This document shows positions 10,477-20,000 of a stretch of DNA of 20,000 nt, piece after piece (the stretch's first letter is position 1; every line of letters starts with the position of its first letter). The translations under genes were made by a program, and so were the position numbers. The stretch is from Pseudogymnoascus verrucosus (taxonomy: Eukaryota): NCBI GenBank assembly GCA_001662655.1, contig KV460291.1. The stretch is one strand, 5' to 3'. Under the pieces are notes generated by a model that worked only from the letters and a program-made list of their open reading frames with translations, did no database searches and was not told where the DNA came from.

Positions 10477-11687
10477 ATGGCGCAATCGAAGGGGAAGGGT
10501 CGGGCTACCAACGGTCTTACAAGCAAACCAGGCGTAATCGGGGCGGTTGCCAGATTTTGGCAGAAGACATATGCCCCGGATTATGTTGGCCTAGCAGTCC
10601 TTATAGCTGCTTATATTGTGGTATGAACCTCGTCATGACTTCTAAATGACTTTGGCTGACATGTTGCGTGTGGATGAAGCTCGAGTTCAACACCACACCA
10701 TTCCATAGATTATTCGAACTGGGCAACATCGACCTTGCCTACCCTCATGCGGAACATGAAAGGGTTCCAGTCTGTGAGTCTCAGTCTTTAGATTACTCCA
10801 CCTCTATACTCGTACGGCCCCAGGGTGTTCGTAAGGCGTGTGCGAAGCAACGAGCAAGATGTCACCAGTTATCCATTCATACGGAGAATCTAGAACTTTC
10901 AGCGGCTACTTCAGCACAGCCCCTATGAATACTTCCGAGCCACACAGGCGCCTTTCAGAGCACTGGCTAACTATAGTTAGCAATGATGTTCCTCTACGGT
11001 GGCGGCGTCCCCCTCATCGTAATGGCTCTCTGGCTCGCCATCTCCCGCGCCGGGTTCCACAAGTCCCACGTTACCATACTCTCATTCTTCATTGGCATGC
11101 TGTTAACGGCTGTCATTACCGACCTTATCAAAAATGCCGTCGGCCGGCCACGGCCTGACCTCATTTCCCGCTGCAAAGCGAAGGCGGGCACACCTCTTCA
11201 TACACTCGTCTCATGGGAAGTTTGCACAGAGACTGACCACCACCGTCTCCATGATGGATGGCGCTCTTTCCCTAGCGGGCACTCCAGCTTCTCATTCTCT
11301 GGCTTGGGCTTCCTGGCGTTGTTCCTCTCCGGTCAGATGCACGTTTTCCGTCGCGAGGGTGACTTGGCAAGGGGCCTATTAGCCTTGGCACCGCTGGTGC
11401 TTGCAGGCTGGGTTGCAATTTCGCGATGCGAGGACTACCGCCACGATGTGTATGATGTTACTATTGGCAGTGCTTTGGGGATGATTGTTGCTCATTGGAG
11501 CTACCGACGATTTTATCCGCGTCTGAGGAATGTGAATTGCGATGCTCCGTATGCATCGCGGACGTCAGCTGCATCTGGAGGTGGATTTGCGAAGGTCGGA
11601 ACCGATGAGGAGGCGGCAGTTATGCATGAAGGGACTGGGCCGAGTGCGTTCAATCTCGGTGAGATTGATAGCGGAGACTCAGACTGA
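10477..11687 (+). CDS. DPP1: PAP2-family diacylglycerol pyrophosphate/phosphatidate phosphatase. Exons 10477-10620, 10680-10773, 10981-11687
   Basis: Catalytic motifs KNAVGRPRPD, SFPSGHSS and SRCEDYRHDVYD; N-terminal PFHRLF..I.YPHAEHERV. Introns 10621-10679 and 10774-10980 keep the frame. The DPP1 versus LPP1 assignment is by resemblance only. Confidence 0.88.
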
Positions 11688-11970
11688 AAGGCCAATTCTT
11701 CATGGGTTTTCGGGGTGATTGAGCACTTTTGATTTAGCACCTGAGCGAAAGGAGTGAATCATGTATGAATATTTTGCGGGGAGCTTTAGGGCTCTTATGA
11801 AGATGGGTGTATATATCTACGGATTATGAGCTACACTGGATGTTTATAAATGGACATAGCATGAGCACAAATGACGATACGAAGGAAGCATTGAATTGTT
11901 CAAAGTTCTTGTCATTTCTCTCGCTCTAGCATAAAAGTACAATGGTTACTCAGCCAACTTTCGTGATATT

Positions 11971-12899
11971 CTAGGTGACAACTCTATCGCCGTCGCTGGT
12001 ATCTTCCTTCGCTAAGTCGTTCTCCTTCAGTAGCGTTTCGATCTCCTCCGCGCTCCATAAGTGATGGTATATCTTGCCCTCCTTCGTCTTGCCAACAGTT
12101 GCAAACTCGACTGTAAAATATGTTAGTTTCCTTGATTAGAAATCAAAGCGCACACAGGAGACTTACTCTTCTCGCTGCTAAGCTTTGTCGCATCCATCGT
12201 CTTGCTCAGCACCTTCACGGCCATCACGCACGCCTCCTTGAGGTTGCAATCCTCCTTGTAATCCTGCTTCAGCAAGCTTTGGGCGCTTGCGTTATTTGCT
12301 CCCACGCTTGTTGCCTTCCACCCGCCGTAGTTGCCACTGGGGTTGCTCTGGTACAGCTGGAACTGCCTTTGGGGGTCGTAACCTGCGTAAATGAACGAAA
12401 CACCGAATGGGCGCAGACCACCGTGCTGCGTGTAGCCTTGCTTGAGATCGCATAACCTCCTCACAAGCTGTTCGCATGGGATATCTTCGTTGTAGGTAAG
12501 GAGGTAGCGCTGGGCGGCTTGACGGGCGTAGTTGATGAGGATGTTTGCGTCGGAGACCATGCCTGCTACTGCGCAGATCATGTTGCTATAGAGAGTTTAG
12601 AATTCATCCTGCTGAACAGAGTATCTGGCCACGTACTCGTTCAAGATGTAGAGCTTCTCAGCTGAGGTATCTTGCTCCAGGAGCTTGCTGGTAACCTTCC
12701 TCTCGGCCGCCAAAACGATTCCATCGGTAGCTAATATTCCAATCGCCGTTCCCGCGTGTGAAATAGCCTCGAGCGCATATTCGACTTGGTACAGACGCCC
12801 TTCAGGCGAGAAGATCGTCGTCTACATCACATTAGATTCAGCCTTCCAAACACGGCTACCTTGACGCATGCTTACTCGGGAATCGTATCTTCTCGACAT
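11971..12899 (-). CDS. PRE9: 20S proteasome subunit alpha-3; 255 aa. Exons 12899-12876, 12821-12637, 12585-12167, 12110-11971
   Basis: [53 protein letters not shown] and [13 protein letters not shown]. Three GT-AG introns give a 768-nt frame. Confidence 0.97.
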
Positions 12900-13036
12900 G
12901 TTTGGCAATTATTCGAAAGTTCACTGGATTTGAAGAAGGGTATCAGGGCCGGAGAAGTGAAAGTTCAAGAGGTTTGGTGGAGAGGGACGTGGAGAGTTGA
13001 TGTGTTGGTTGTAAGGACGTCTGACCCAAGCTTGGG

Positions 13037-13042
13037 GGAGCT
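13037..13042. promoter_or_regulatory. Candidate proteasome-regulon (Rpn4-type) element GGAGCT in the PRE9/WW-FF divergent promoter
   Basis: GGAGCT lies about 140 bp upstream of the PRE9 ATG. This hexamer is recalled as enriched upstream of proteasome genes in filamentous ascomycetes, but it is short enough to occur by chance. Confidence 0.4.
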
Positions 13043-13227
13043 TCAGGCAAGCAGGTCCACGCGTGTTTAGCGCTAAATTATTCGTGCCTTGGCGCCTCAC
13101 ATCATATCTTTTGGCCAGACCAATAAAGCATGACAGACGTACTGGACCATATTAATTCCTCCCAGAACTCTTTTTAATGATTGTCTAATTAATAAGCTGC
13201 TGCAGGTAACGGCAGTCAAAATATACA

Positions 13228-15245
13228 ATGCTAAAATCAACGCACACGCCGACGGCTCAAGGCCAGTCTCCTCTTCCACCTGGGTGGACGGAACATAAAG
13301 CTCCCACAGGTCAGTCACGCTTTTCAGCTCACTTTCTTTGGGTCTTCAAATATGAGTTTCAAGTTTATCATGTTACGATGGTTCTTTTACGTGTCGATTT
13401 TCTGTTCGGACCTGTTACGGCGTCATATTGAGGGGCCCAACCAACCCTGAGAAGAGGAGACATGCTCCAAACCCATTATAGGAGAATGTCCGTTCACTGG
13501 ATTTTTTGTCCTACTCTCACAGGCTACGATACATAAAATCGCCGTGACTTCAGCTTTTTTCGTTTAAAATCTTTTCCAAGAATAATACGCTGACACCCTG
13601 ACTAGGTCACACCTATTATTATAATACTCTTACCAAGAAGTCCACATACCAGCGGCCTGTTGAAACGCCACCGGCTCCTCAAGTCCCTGCTGTTGCCCCT
13701 AACAATCCCGCACTTGGCTTCCTACAGTACCAATCAGTTGGGAATTTGGGGCCGGGCTCTGCTTTTGGACCTCCTTCTGGCCATCACGACAGTAGAGGTG
13801 GCCCGGATAGTCATCGAGGAGGTAGAGGCGGCCATGGTTCACAGCGCGACTCGAGGCCGAAGCCGCAGCCGGTTGACAAGCCAAAAGCAAAGCGTGCTAT
13901 TCCCGGATGTGAGCCATGGTTCCTCATCGATACCAAGTTCGGGAGGCGGTTTGCGTACAACTCCGAGAAGAACCAGAGCTTTTGGCGTATACCGGAAAAG
14001 TTAAAGGAGGGTATCTTGGCACTTGATCAACAACGTATTAAGGAAAAGGCTGCTGCTTGGGCAGACGAAAGGTCAGCTGAGGCGGCTCAAGCTCCAGGGG
14101 CGCAAGAGATGCCAGGGGCTCAATCACGTCCGAAGCCAGAAGCCCCCACTGAAATCCATCCAGAGGCTGATGATAGTTCGGAATATGAAGAGGTGGAAGT
14201 TACTGATGACGAGGATGAGGATAATATTTCGAAAAGGCAACGGACTGAAGAACCTGCCCCCCAAGGGCCCGTTGAGTTCACAGAGGATGACATTGCATTT
14301 CAACTGGCCGCAATGGGCCAAGATTACGGCCTCGAACCAGGCGAATACGACGATGGCAATATGGAAGAGTGGGAAGAAGGTGCCGAGGGTATGGAACTAA
14401 CGGAAGAGGATGCAACTGCTCTCTTCAAAGACCTGCTCAACGACTCCGGTGTGAGCCCCTACGCACCGTGGGATAGAATAGTAGAAGAGGGAACACTAGT
14501 CGATGACGCAAGATATACTGCCGTTACCACAATGCGACGCAGGAAGGAAGTCTGGGACGAATGGTCGACAGAAAAAATCCAACAGCTGCGTGAGAGGCGG
14601 GCGAGGGAGGAGAAGAAAGACCCGAGGATACCATACCTGGCATTCCTACAGAAGAACGCAACACCGAAGCTGTACTGGCCCGAATTCAGACGCAAATTCA
14701 AAAAAGAGCAAGAGATGCGCGATACCAACCTCTCTGATAAAGACCGCGAGAAGTCTTATCGAGAGCATATCAATCGAATCAAACTCCCACAGGCAACACT
14801 CAAATCCGACTTCCTCAACTTACTCAAAGACCAGCCACCGGCTTTACTTAATAATTCCACCCTCCCCTCGCATCTTCCGCCAACCGTACTGGCGGATATA
14901 AAGTACATTTCCATGGATCCTTCTATCCGAGACCCTCTGATCGAGACTTTCATCGCTACGCTCCCTCCGGCACCGGAAGCACCAGAGGCTGAGGAAGATG
15001 AGGAGGCGCGGAATGAGAGGAAGGAGAGGAAGAGGAGACAGAAGGCCTTGGAAGATCGGGAGAAGAAGGTTGCGGAAGAGAAGCGAAGGCAGCAGAAGAC
15101 GTTGGCTTTTGGAAAGGGGAGGATGCGAGAGGAGGAAGAGGAAATTGCAAGAGCCATGAATGTTACGAGGAAGGGGTTAAAGGGACATTTAATGGAGATG
15201 GATGTTGACGAGGTAGACGCGCCAGCCCCAACCCCAGCCCCTTAG
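13228..15245 (+). CDS. WW- and FF-domain protein (Dre4/Urn1/TCERG1-like); 573 aa. Exons 13228-13309, 13606-15245
   Basis: Splicing out 13310-13605 restores the WW domain LPPGWTEHKAPTG|HTYYYNTLTKKSTYQRP. A second WW-like stretch follows (PWFLIDTKFGRRFAYNSEKNQSFWRIP), then FF-like repeats (FKDLLNDSGVSPYAPWD...DARY; YWPEFRRKFKKE...DKDREKSYREH). Confidence 0.88.
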
Positions 15246-15386
15246 TGCGGCTAGTGGGATAGGTTGTCACGGGAAATAAATAGTTGTATAACATATGAGC
15301 GTTAGCAAAGCTATTGGGGTATCATTGTAGTATTACACAGTGACTTCGACTAAATTGTCTGTCTCTCCAACCATGCCGTATATTCC

Positions 15387-16358
15387 TTAGCCACGCAACC
15401 GGAATCCTGCCCAATCATCATCGTCTTCGTCATCATCGTCTTCATCTTCTTCCTCTGGAGTAGCATTTGAGGCCTCCGTTTTACCCCCTTCTGCAGGTTC
15501 TGATGCAACAGTAGTGGGCTCTTTAACCCGCAATGCCTCCCTCTTCTCCTTCAACCTCCTCACTCGCTCCTCTAGTTCATTCATTTGTTCGAACTCATCT
15601 TCCAGTTTCCTCACAGCATCCTCCTTATCCCCCTCCAAGTCCGCCTCAGCCTTTTCTTTCCTCGCACTCATCTCTTCCTCCCTCGATTTTGCCGCGAGCT
15701 CTTCTGTCGTCATTGGCGCCGCGCTTATGACGGCATCGTCTGTTGTCTCTACCGCGACTTGAGCTGCCGCGATGTCGGCTTCGAAAGCTGCCCATTCGTC
15801 TTCGTCAACCGTGGGGAGCTTTGCTGCTTCTGGCACTGCATCTGGTCCTTTAAGAGGAGTGGCTGGACGTGAGGGGAGCCTGAATTCTTGACCATTGGAG
15901 TTATTGGAAGGGGCAGCTTCGGATTCCGCCTTCGTGGCGTCGTCGAAGAATCCTTGGGGTAAGAAGCCAGGCAGAGGTACATTTTTGCTTCGTTTCCTGC
16001 TGGTGTCCGCTTGTTCCTCCTCCTCATCATCATCACTAGCCTTGCGCTTCTTGGTTTGCTTTGCTGCGGGTTCTTTTTCAGCTGAGGTGGCGGCTTTCGG
16101 TTTCTCTTCGTTGTTAATTTTGGTCTGCGCAGGTTCTGGTTCTGGGGAACCAGCTGGAGAACCCGATTCGCGGCCGTTCCTTTTTAGGAGTGTCAAATGA
16201 TTCTCAGACCGCAGGTGGTCGTTCCATAACAATTCATTCTTCAGCTCAACATGACATACTACGCATTGTAGCTTCCCTGTCTCGGAGTATTTTGCATGCC
16301 GATGGCTGATGCGCCGGGCATTACGCTCATTCCGTAGCAGAGTTCGTACATCAGCCAT
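15387..16358 (-). CDS. ZNF830/CCDC16-like matrin-type zinc-finger coiled-coil protein; 323 aa, intronless
   Basis: HAKYSETGKLQCVVCHVELKNELLWNDHLRSENH finger, LPQGFFD motif, VDEDEWAAFEADI, a C-terminal coiled coil and acidic tail ending DDDWAGFR. Confidence 0.8.
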   Translation of the reverse strand: MADVRTLLRNERNARRISHRHAKYSETGKLQCVVCHVELKNELLWNDHLRSENHLTLLKRNGRESGSPAGSPEPEPAQTKINNEEKPKAATSAEKEPAAKQTKKRKASDDDEEEEQADTSRKRSKNVPLPGFLPQGFFDDATKAESEAAPSNNSNGQEFRLPSRPATPLKGPDAVPEAAKLPTVDEDEWAAFEADIAAAQVAVETTDDAVISAAPMTTEELAAKSREEEMSARKEKAEADLEGDKEDAVRKLEDEFEQMNELEERVRRLKEKREALRVKEPTTVASEPAEGGKTEASNATPEEEDEDDDDEDDDDWAGFRLRG

Positions 16359-16972
16359 CAGAGGGTTGTTTGTCGAAATTAGTTTTGTTTACGTAGAGCT
16401 TCTTCTTATGTTCCAATTGAGCTGCCAAGAGTTCCATGCGACGCGAAGCCACTACAGCCACGCCCCGCAAGGAGCTTGGACCAAGCCGCTAAATATATAT
16501 CACGTGACTCATATGACAGGGGTTCTGCCAGGTTAGATTTGCCCCAAAAACAGCTTACTTAAGTTATCTTCGCCTCGCCCCCAACTCCAAAACAACATCA
16601 TCATCGCGAACGATCTCTGCCCGCGATTTCTCGACAACTAATATCGACCCTCAACATTCTGGGTCTTGTGCGCAAACAGCTATAACGCTGTTTGATTGTC
16701 TGCTAGCCCCCTATACTCGCACAAGGCGCGTTCTGGTTGGAATCTATAAACGCGCAGGAACTTGCGTTGCGCAACGCGCCACGGAGATTGTTGAAAGACA
16801 GGCATTGAAGAGGGCTTCATTCTCTGGATAGCTCATTTGCCTTCTACACCTTAGCTTGCCCGTAGATCCAGTGATGCGCGCATGAACACTGCCGCTTGAC
16901 TTGACTGGAATCCAATTGTAAAGCGCGATCGCCTGTGAATATATTGAAATCGCGATAACACTATCACCCAAT

Positions 16973-19612
16973 ATGTCTGGTAAGCATAGATCGCAAGCAC
17001 CACGACCGTCGCCGTGCGCGACAGTGTATGCGCGTGGCGTGTGCGGCATTCAGAGCTTCAAAGCTAACGTGTTTCCCCCCACAGACGAACCTCGAAGGTC
17101 GGTCCGCGCGACCAAAGGTCAACATACGAAGAGTCTCGATCAACTCGACCAACCTGCCGAACCATCGAAGAAGCGCGGAGGAAAGAAGGCGTCTGCCAAG
17201 AAAGTTTCCTCTCAAGAAGCCTCCGCAGAGGAAGAAGAGGAAGATGTCATTCGCTGTGTGTGCGGAGCGGAGGAACAAGACGATTCCGCTGGAGAAGACT
17301 GGATCGCATGCTCAGACTGCGAGGCCTGGCAACACAATGTGTGCATGGGCATTACAACCGACAAAGATGTTCTCGAGAACATGGAGTACTGGTGCGAGAG
17401 GTGCAAGCCAGAAAACCACAAGGAGCTGTTAGACTCCATGGCTCGTGGAGAAAAATTGTGGGAGATTCGACTCAAGGCACACGACCAAGCTGTTCTTGAG
17501 GCACAGAAGAACAAGAGGGGTAGAAAAGGGAAGGGTAAGAGGGTCAGTGAGGTGAGAGCCGAAACGCCACAGAATGGCAAATCAAAGACGCCAGACGCTC
17601 AACCCGAGGCCAAGAAGGAAAAGAAGGAAGCCGCCAGTCGTGCAGGAAGCACCAAACGCAAGACTAGAGACGAGTCTCACGATGAGGCCTTGAAAGTTCC
17701 AAAAATACGCAAGGTGTCATCAACAAACGCCTCACCTGCACCAGCGGAGGAAAATGTGCCCAAGGACCTTGCACAAACAATCGCGCAGTTAGACAGCTCC
17801 CGACAAGGAGCGGCCAAACTTCTCAACAAGTCTCTTCAGTACTCTCTCAAAATTTCTCTGAAAAATGGCAGCTTTCAAGGCTCCGAGGAGGATGTTGACC
17901 CACGAGCTCTAAGCTTTGCGCTTCAAATCGAGAGAGCAATTCACGATGTCTCCATCTCTAAGTCTGCGTATAGCACTCAAGCAAAGAAGGTGGTGGCGAA
18001 CTTGAAGACTAATCAGGAACTGTGTGAACGGTTGCTATCAAGGTCTCTCACGCCAAGCGTCCTTGCGGTCATGAACGAAGATGAGATGGCCTCCAAAGAA
18101 CTCCAACGCCAAACTGCAGAAATGAAGGCACGTGCTGACAAGCAAGCCATAATGATCACCGAAGAAGATGGGCCACGTATAAGGCGCACGCACAAAGGAG
18201 ACGAGGTTATCGAGGACGAGCACTATGAAGGTGCCACCGAGGAGATGCCAGCCAGCCGCCGCCGCAGCATGCTAGATCCTAACCACGGAATGGGCGCAAG
18301 ATCGCGAGAAAACTCGCCAGGAGAAGACGAGCACCCTGAGCTCCCAATGGATATTGACGACTATCACCCACAAGACAGCACTCCTAGCGGTACACAAAGG
18401 CCACAGTCAATATCGGTAGACTCGCAGGAGACGAAGTCAGCCCAGAGGAAGGCTAGCGCGGCCGACAACTTTGACATCAACAGCGTCTACTCCAAAGTCC
18501 AATCACCAACTCTCTCTCAGCATTCACGTAAGCCATCTATGGCAGCACCACCTCCACAAGCAAACCTGGTTCAAGACCCCGATATCGACAGGCTTCTTGA
18601 CGATGGGACAGAGGCAGATTCGCCACCTTACGAACCTCCTGAGCATGCGGAAGATCCATCCGTCGTCTGGCGCGGTAGTATGGTCATGACTTCTATTTGC
18701 GACTTCAGTGCTACTGCTAGACACATTGCCGGCGCAGATCTCAGCACCGTCGGCACACCATGGTCTAACCTTTTGGACCCCCGTCTCTCCGTCGCCGGCC
18801 GCATCGATCCCGGAAAAGCGACTGAGTATCTCTGCAGTCTCCGCTACAGCCCAAAGACCGATGTCACAGTCATCTCTCTTTCTGCATCTGGCGGTGAGCG
18901 CGCGGCCAACGAGTTCATGCAGCTCTACGAATACTTCCGCAGTAAAAACCGATATGGTGTCGTCGGCAACAAGACACTTGCGAACGTGCGCGACACGTAC
19001 CTTATCCCAGTGCCACCCGGGAAAGATAACGGACCAGAGTTTCTCAGCAACCTCGACAACAACATGCTGCCCACGGAGCGTACAGAGCCAATGCTGATCA
19101 TCGCCATTGTCGTGCGCGAGCCAGAGAACCAATCCACGCTGGCCCAATCTTACGATGGCAGCGGCTCACCATCTATGCCATCCAATCACAGCCACCGCCA
19201 GCTGTCACTCGGCGGCCAAGGGCCATCCATGTCTCCCATCGTTCCCCAGCCACCGCAAGGCATGTTTGCCACCCAGTCCCCCGCCCACGCTGCACCAACG
19301 GCTGGTGTCACCTCCACCCAGCCACTCAATTCTGAGCAGCAGCGCCAGGCTCAACAGCTTCGAGGCGAGGCGGTCGCAAGAGAGATCCTGGGCGAGTTTA
19401 TTACGGCTCCCACGGCGACGTTCCTTATGGCGCAGGCGTTTCGCATGGAGCCCACCGAGTGGCGTGTCATCCGCCAGGTGTTTGAAGAAGAGAAGGATGC
19501 CCGTGTGGATCTGAAGATACTGAGTGGGCTCCTAGAGAAGAAGGGTCAGGCCAAGGCTGCCGAAGATGCGGCCAAGGTTTCTGGCGCCGGTGCCATTGGT
19601 GCCCCACAGTGA
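16973..19612 (+). CDS. BYE1: Transcription factor BYE1 (PHD finger, TFIIS central domain, SPOC); 844 aa spliced. Exons 16973-16979, 17085-19612
   Basis: EPRRSVRATKGQH, PHD IRCVCG..WIACSDCEAWQHNVCMG..YWCERC, TFIIS-M (IERAIH...NLKTN...EMASKE), RIRRTHKGDE and SPOC (VWRGSM...GRI...YFRSKNRYGV...VRDTYLIP). Intron 16980-17084 has a GTAAGC donor, GCTAAC branch site and CAG acceptor. Confidence 0.93.
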   Translation: MSGKHRSQAPRPSPCATVYARGVCGIQSFKANVFPPTDEPRRSVRATKGQHTKSLDQLDQPAEPSKKRGGKKASAKKVSSQEASAEEEEEDVIRCVCGAEEQDDSAGEDWIACSDCEAWQHNVCMGITTDKDVLENMEYWCERCKPENHKELLDSMARGEKLWEIRLKAHDQAVLEAQKNKRGRKGKGKRVSEVRAETPQNGKSKTPDAQPEAKKEKKEAASRAGSTKRKTRDESHDEALKVPKIRKVSSTNASPAPAEENVPKDLAQTIAQLDSSRQGAAKLLNKSLQYSLKISLKNGSFQGSEEDVDPRALSFALQIERAIHDVSISKSAYSTQAKKVVANLKTNQELCERLLSRSLTPSVLAVMNEDEMASKELQRQTAEMKARADKQAIMITEEDGPRIRRTHKGDEVIEDEHYEGATEEMPASRRRSMLDPNHGMGARSRENSPGEDEHPELPMDIDDYHPQDSTPSGTQRPQSISVDSQETKSAQRKASAADNFDINSVYSKVQSPTLSQHSRKPSMAAPPPQANLVQDPDIDRLLDDGTEADSPPYEPPEHAEDPSVVWRGSMVMTSICDFSATARHIAGADLSTVGTPWSNLLDPRLSVAGRIDPGKATEYLCSLRYSPKTDVTVISLSASGGERAANEFMQLYEYFRSKNRYGVVGNKTLANVRDTYLIPVPPGKDNGPEFLSNLDNNMLPTERTEPMLIIAIVVREPENQSTLAQSYDGSGSPSMPSNHSHRQLSLGGQGPSMSPIVPQPPQGMFATQSPAHAAPTAGVTSTQPLNSEQQRQAQQLRGEAVAREILGEFITAPTATFLMAQAFRMEPTEWRVIRQVFEEEKDARVDLKILSGLLEKKGQAKAAEDAAKVSGAGAIGAPQ

Positions 19613-20000
19613 GTTGTGAGAGATGGGAGGCCGTTGTGTGAAATAAGGAGTTTATCGGAATTTAATTGTATGGTGGGGGAACTACGGATTGTTGTTTTAT
19701 ACTACGAAAAAAGGCGGCAGGAGGAGGATGTAGGGACGAATACCTTGAACGGGAAACGAGCTTCGTGTGGATGATTGTGTTCGTCTTAAGCTTATGATAC
19801 CACGGCCTCGGGCGGTTTAATTGAGAGAATAAGGCAGGGGAGGATTGACTGTATGTCAGGTTGCGTGGTTTGGGACTGATGTTCTTGTACTTTAGTTGGC
19901 ATTATTGCTGGTGTAGGAGCTGTGTCCATAAGGCTTATGAATGCTAAAATGTAACTTCACACTACTTTATGCTGAATCTCAGTGTTGCCCGAGTACTACT

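Noticed and set aside
10824..10830. Possible 7-nt micro-exon (CAG|GGTGTTC|GTAAGG) inside the DPP1 intron
   Set aside because: It would shift the frame, it has no clear upstream branch site, and the protein is complete without it.
13436..13450. CCCAACCAACCCTGA resembling a telomerase RNA template
   Set aside because: It does not match CCCTAA repeats exactly, and the intron is far too short for a filamentous-fungal telomerase RNA.
18524..19147. 207-aa antisense ORF inside BYE1, and similar overlapping ORFs elsewhere
   Set aside because: These are shadow ORFs of well-supported genes with no recognisable motifs.

Overview
This is eukaryotic DNA from a filamentous ascomycete. It is gene-dense, with short GT-AG introns carrying CTAAC/CTGAC branch sites; a Leotiomycete such as Pseudogymnoascus is plausible but is only an inference. 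Nine protein-coding genes could be spliced by hand. In order: a partial HeLo-like/STAND N-terminal-domain gene, TAPT1/EMP65, a 6-exon 1226-aa C5 DNA methyltransferase, MED7, a DPP1-like PAP2 phosphatase, proteasome alpha-3 (PRE9), a WW/FF splicing-transcription factor (Dre4/TCERG1-like), a ZNF830-like zinc finger and BYE1. The main observation is that the methyltransferase is DNMT1/Masc2-type rather than DIM-2/RID-type, which is unusual in filamentous ascomycetes. It has a remodelled methyl-CpG recognition loop, several substitutions in conserved motifs, and an acidic 8-aa tandem repeat at its N-terminus. The two longest introns (in DPP1 and the WW/FF gene) hold extensive base-pairing potential, including two mutually exclusive helices in the DPP1 intron, and are candidate structured RNAs. 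All homology calls are from recalled motifs, not database searches.
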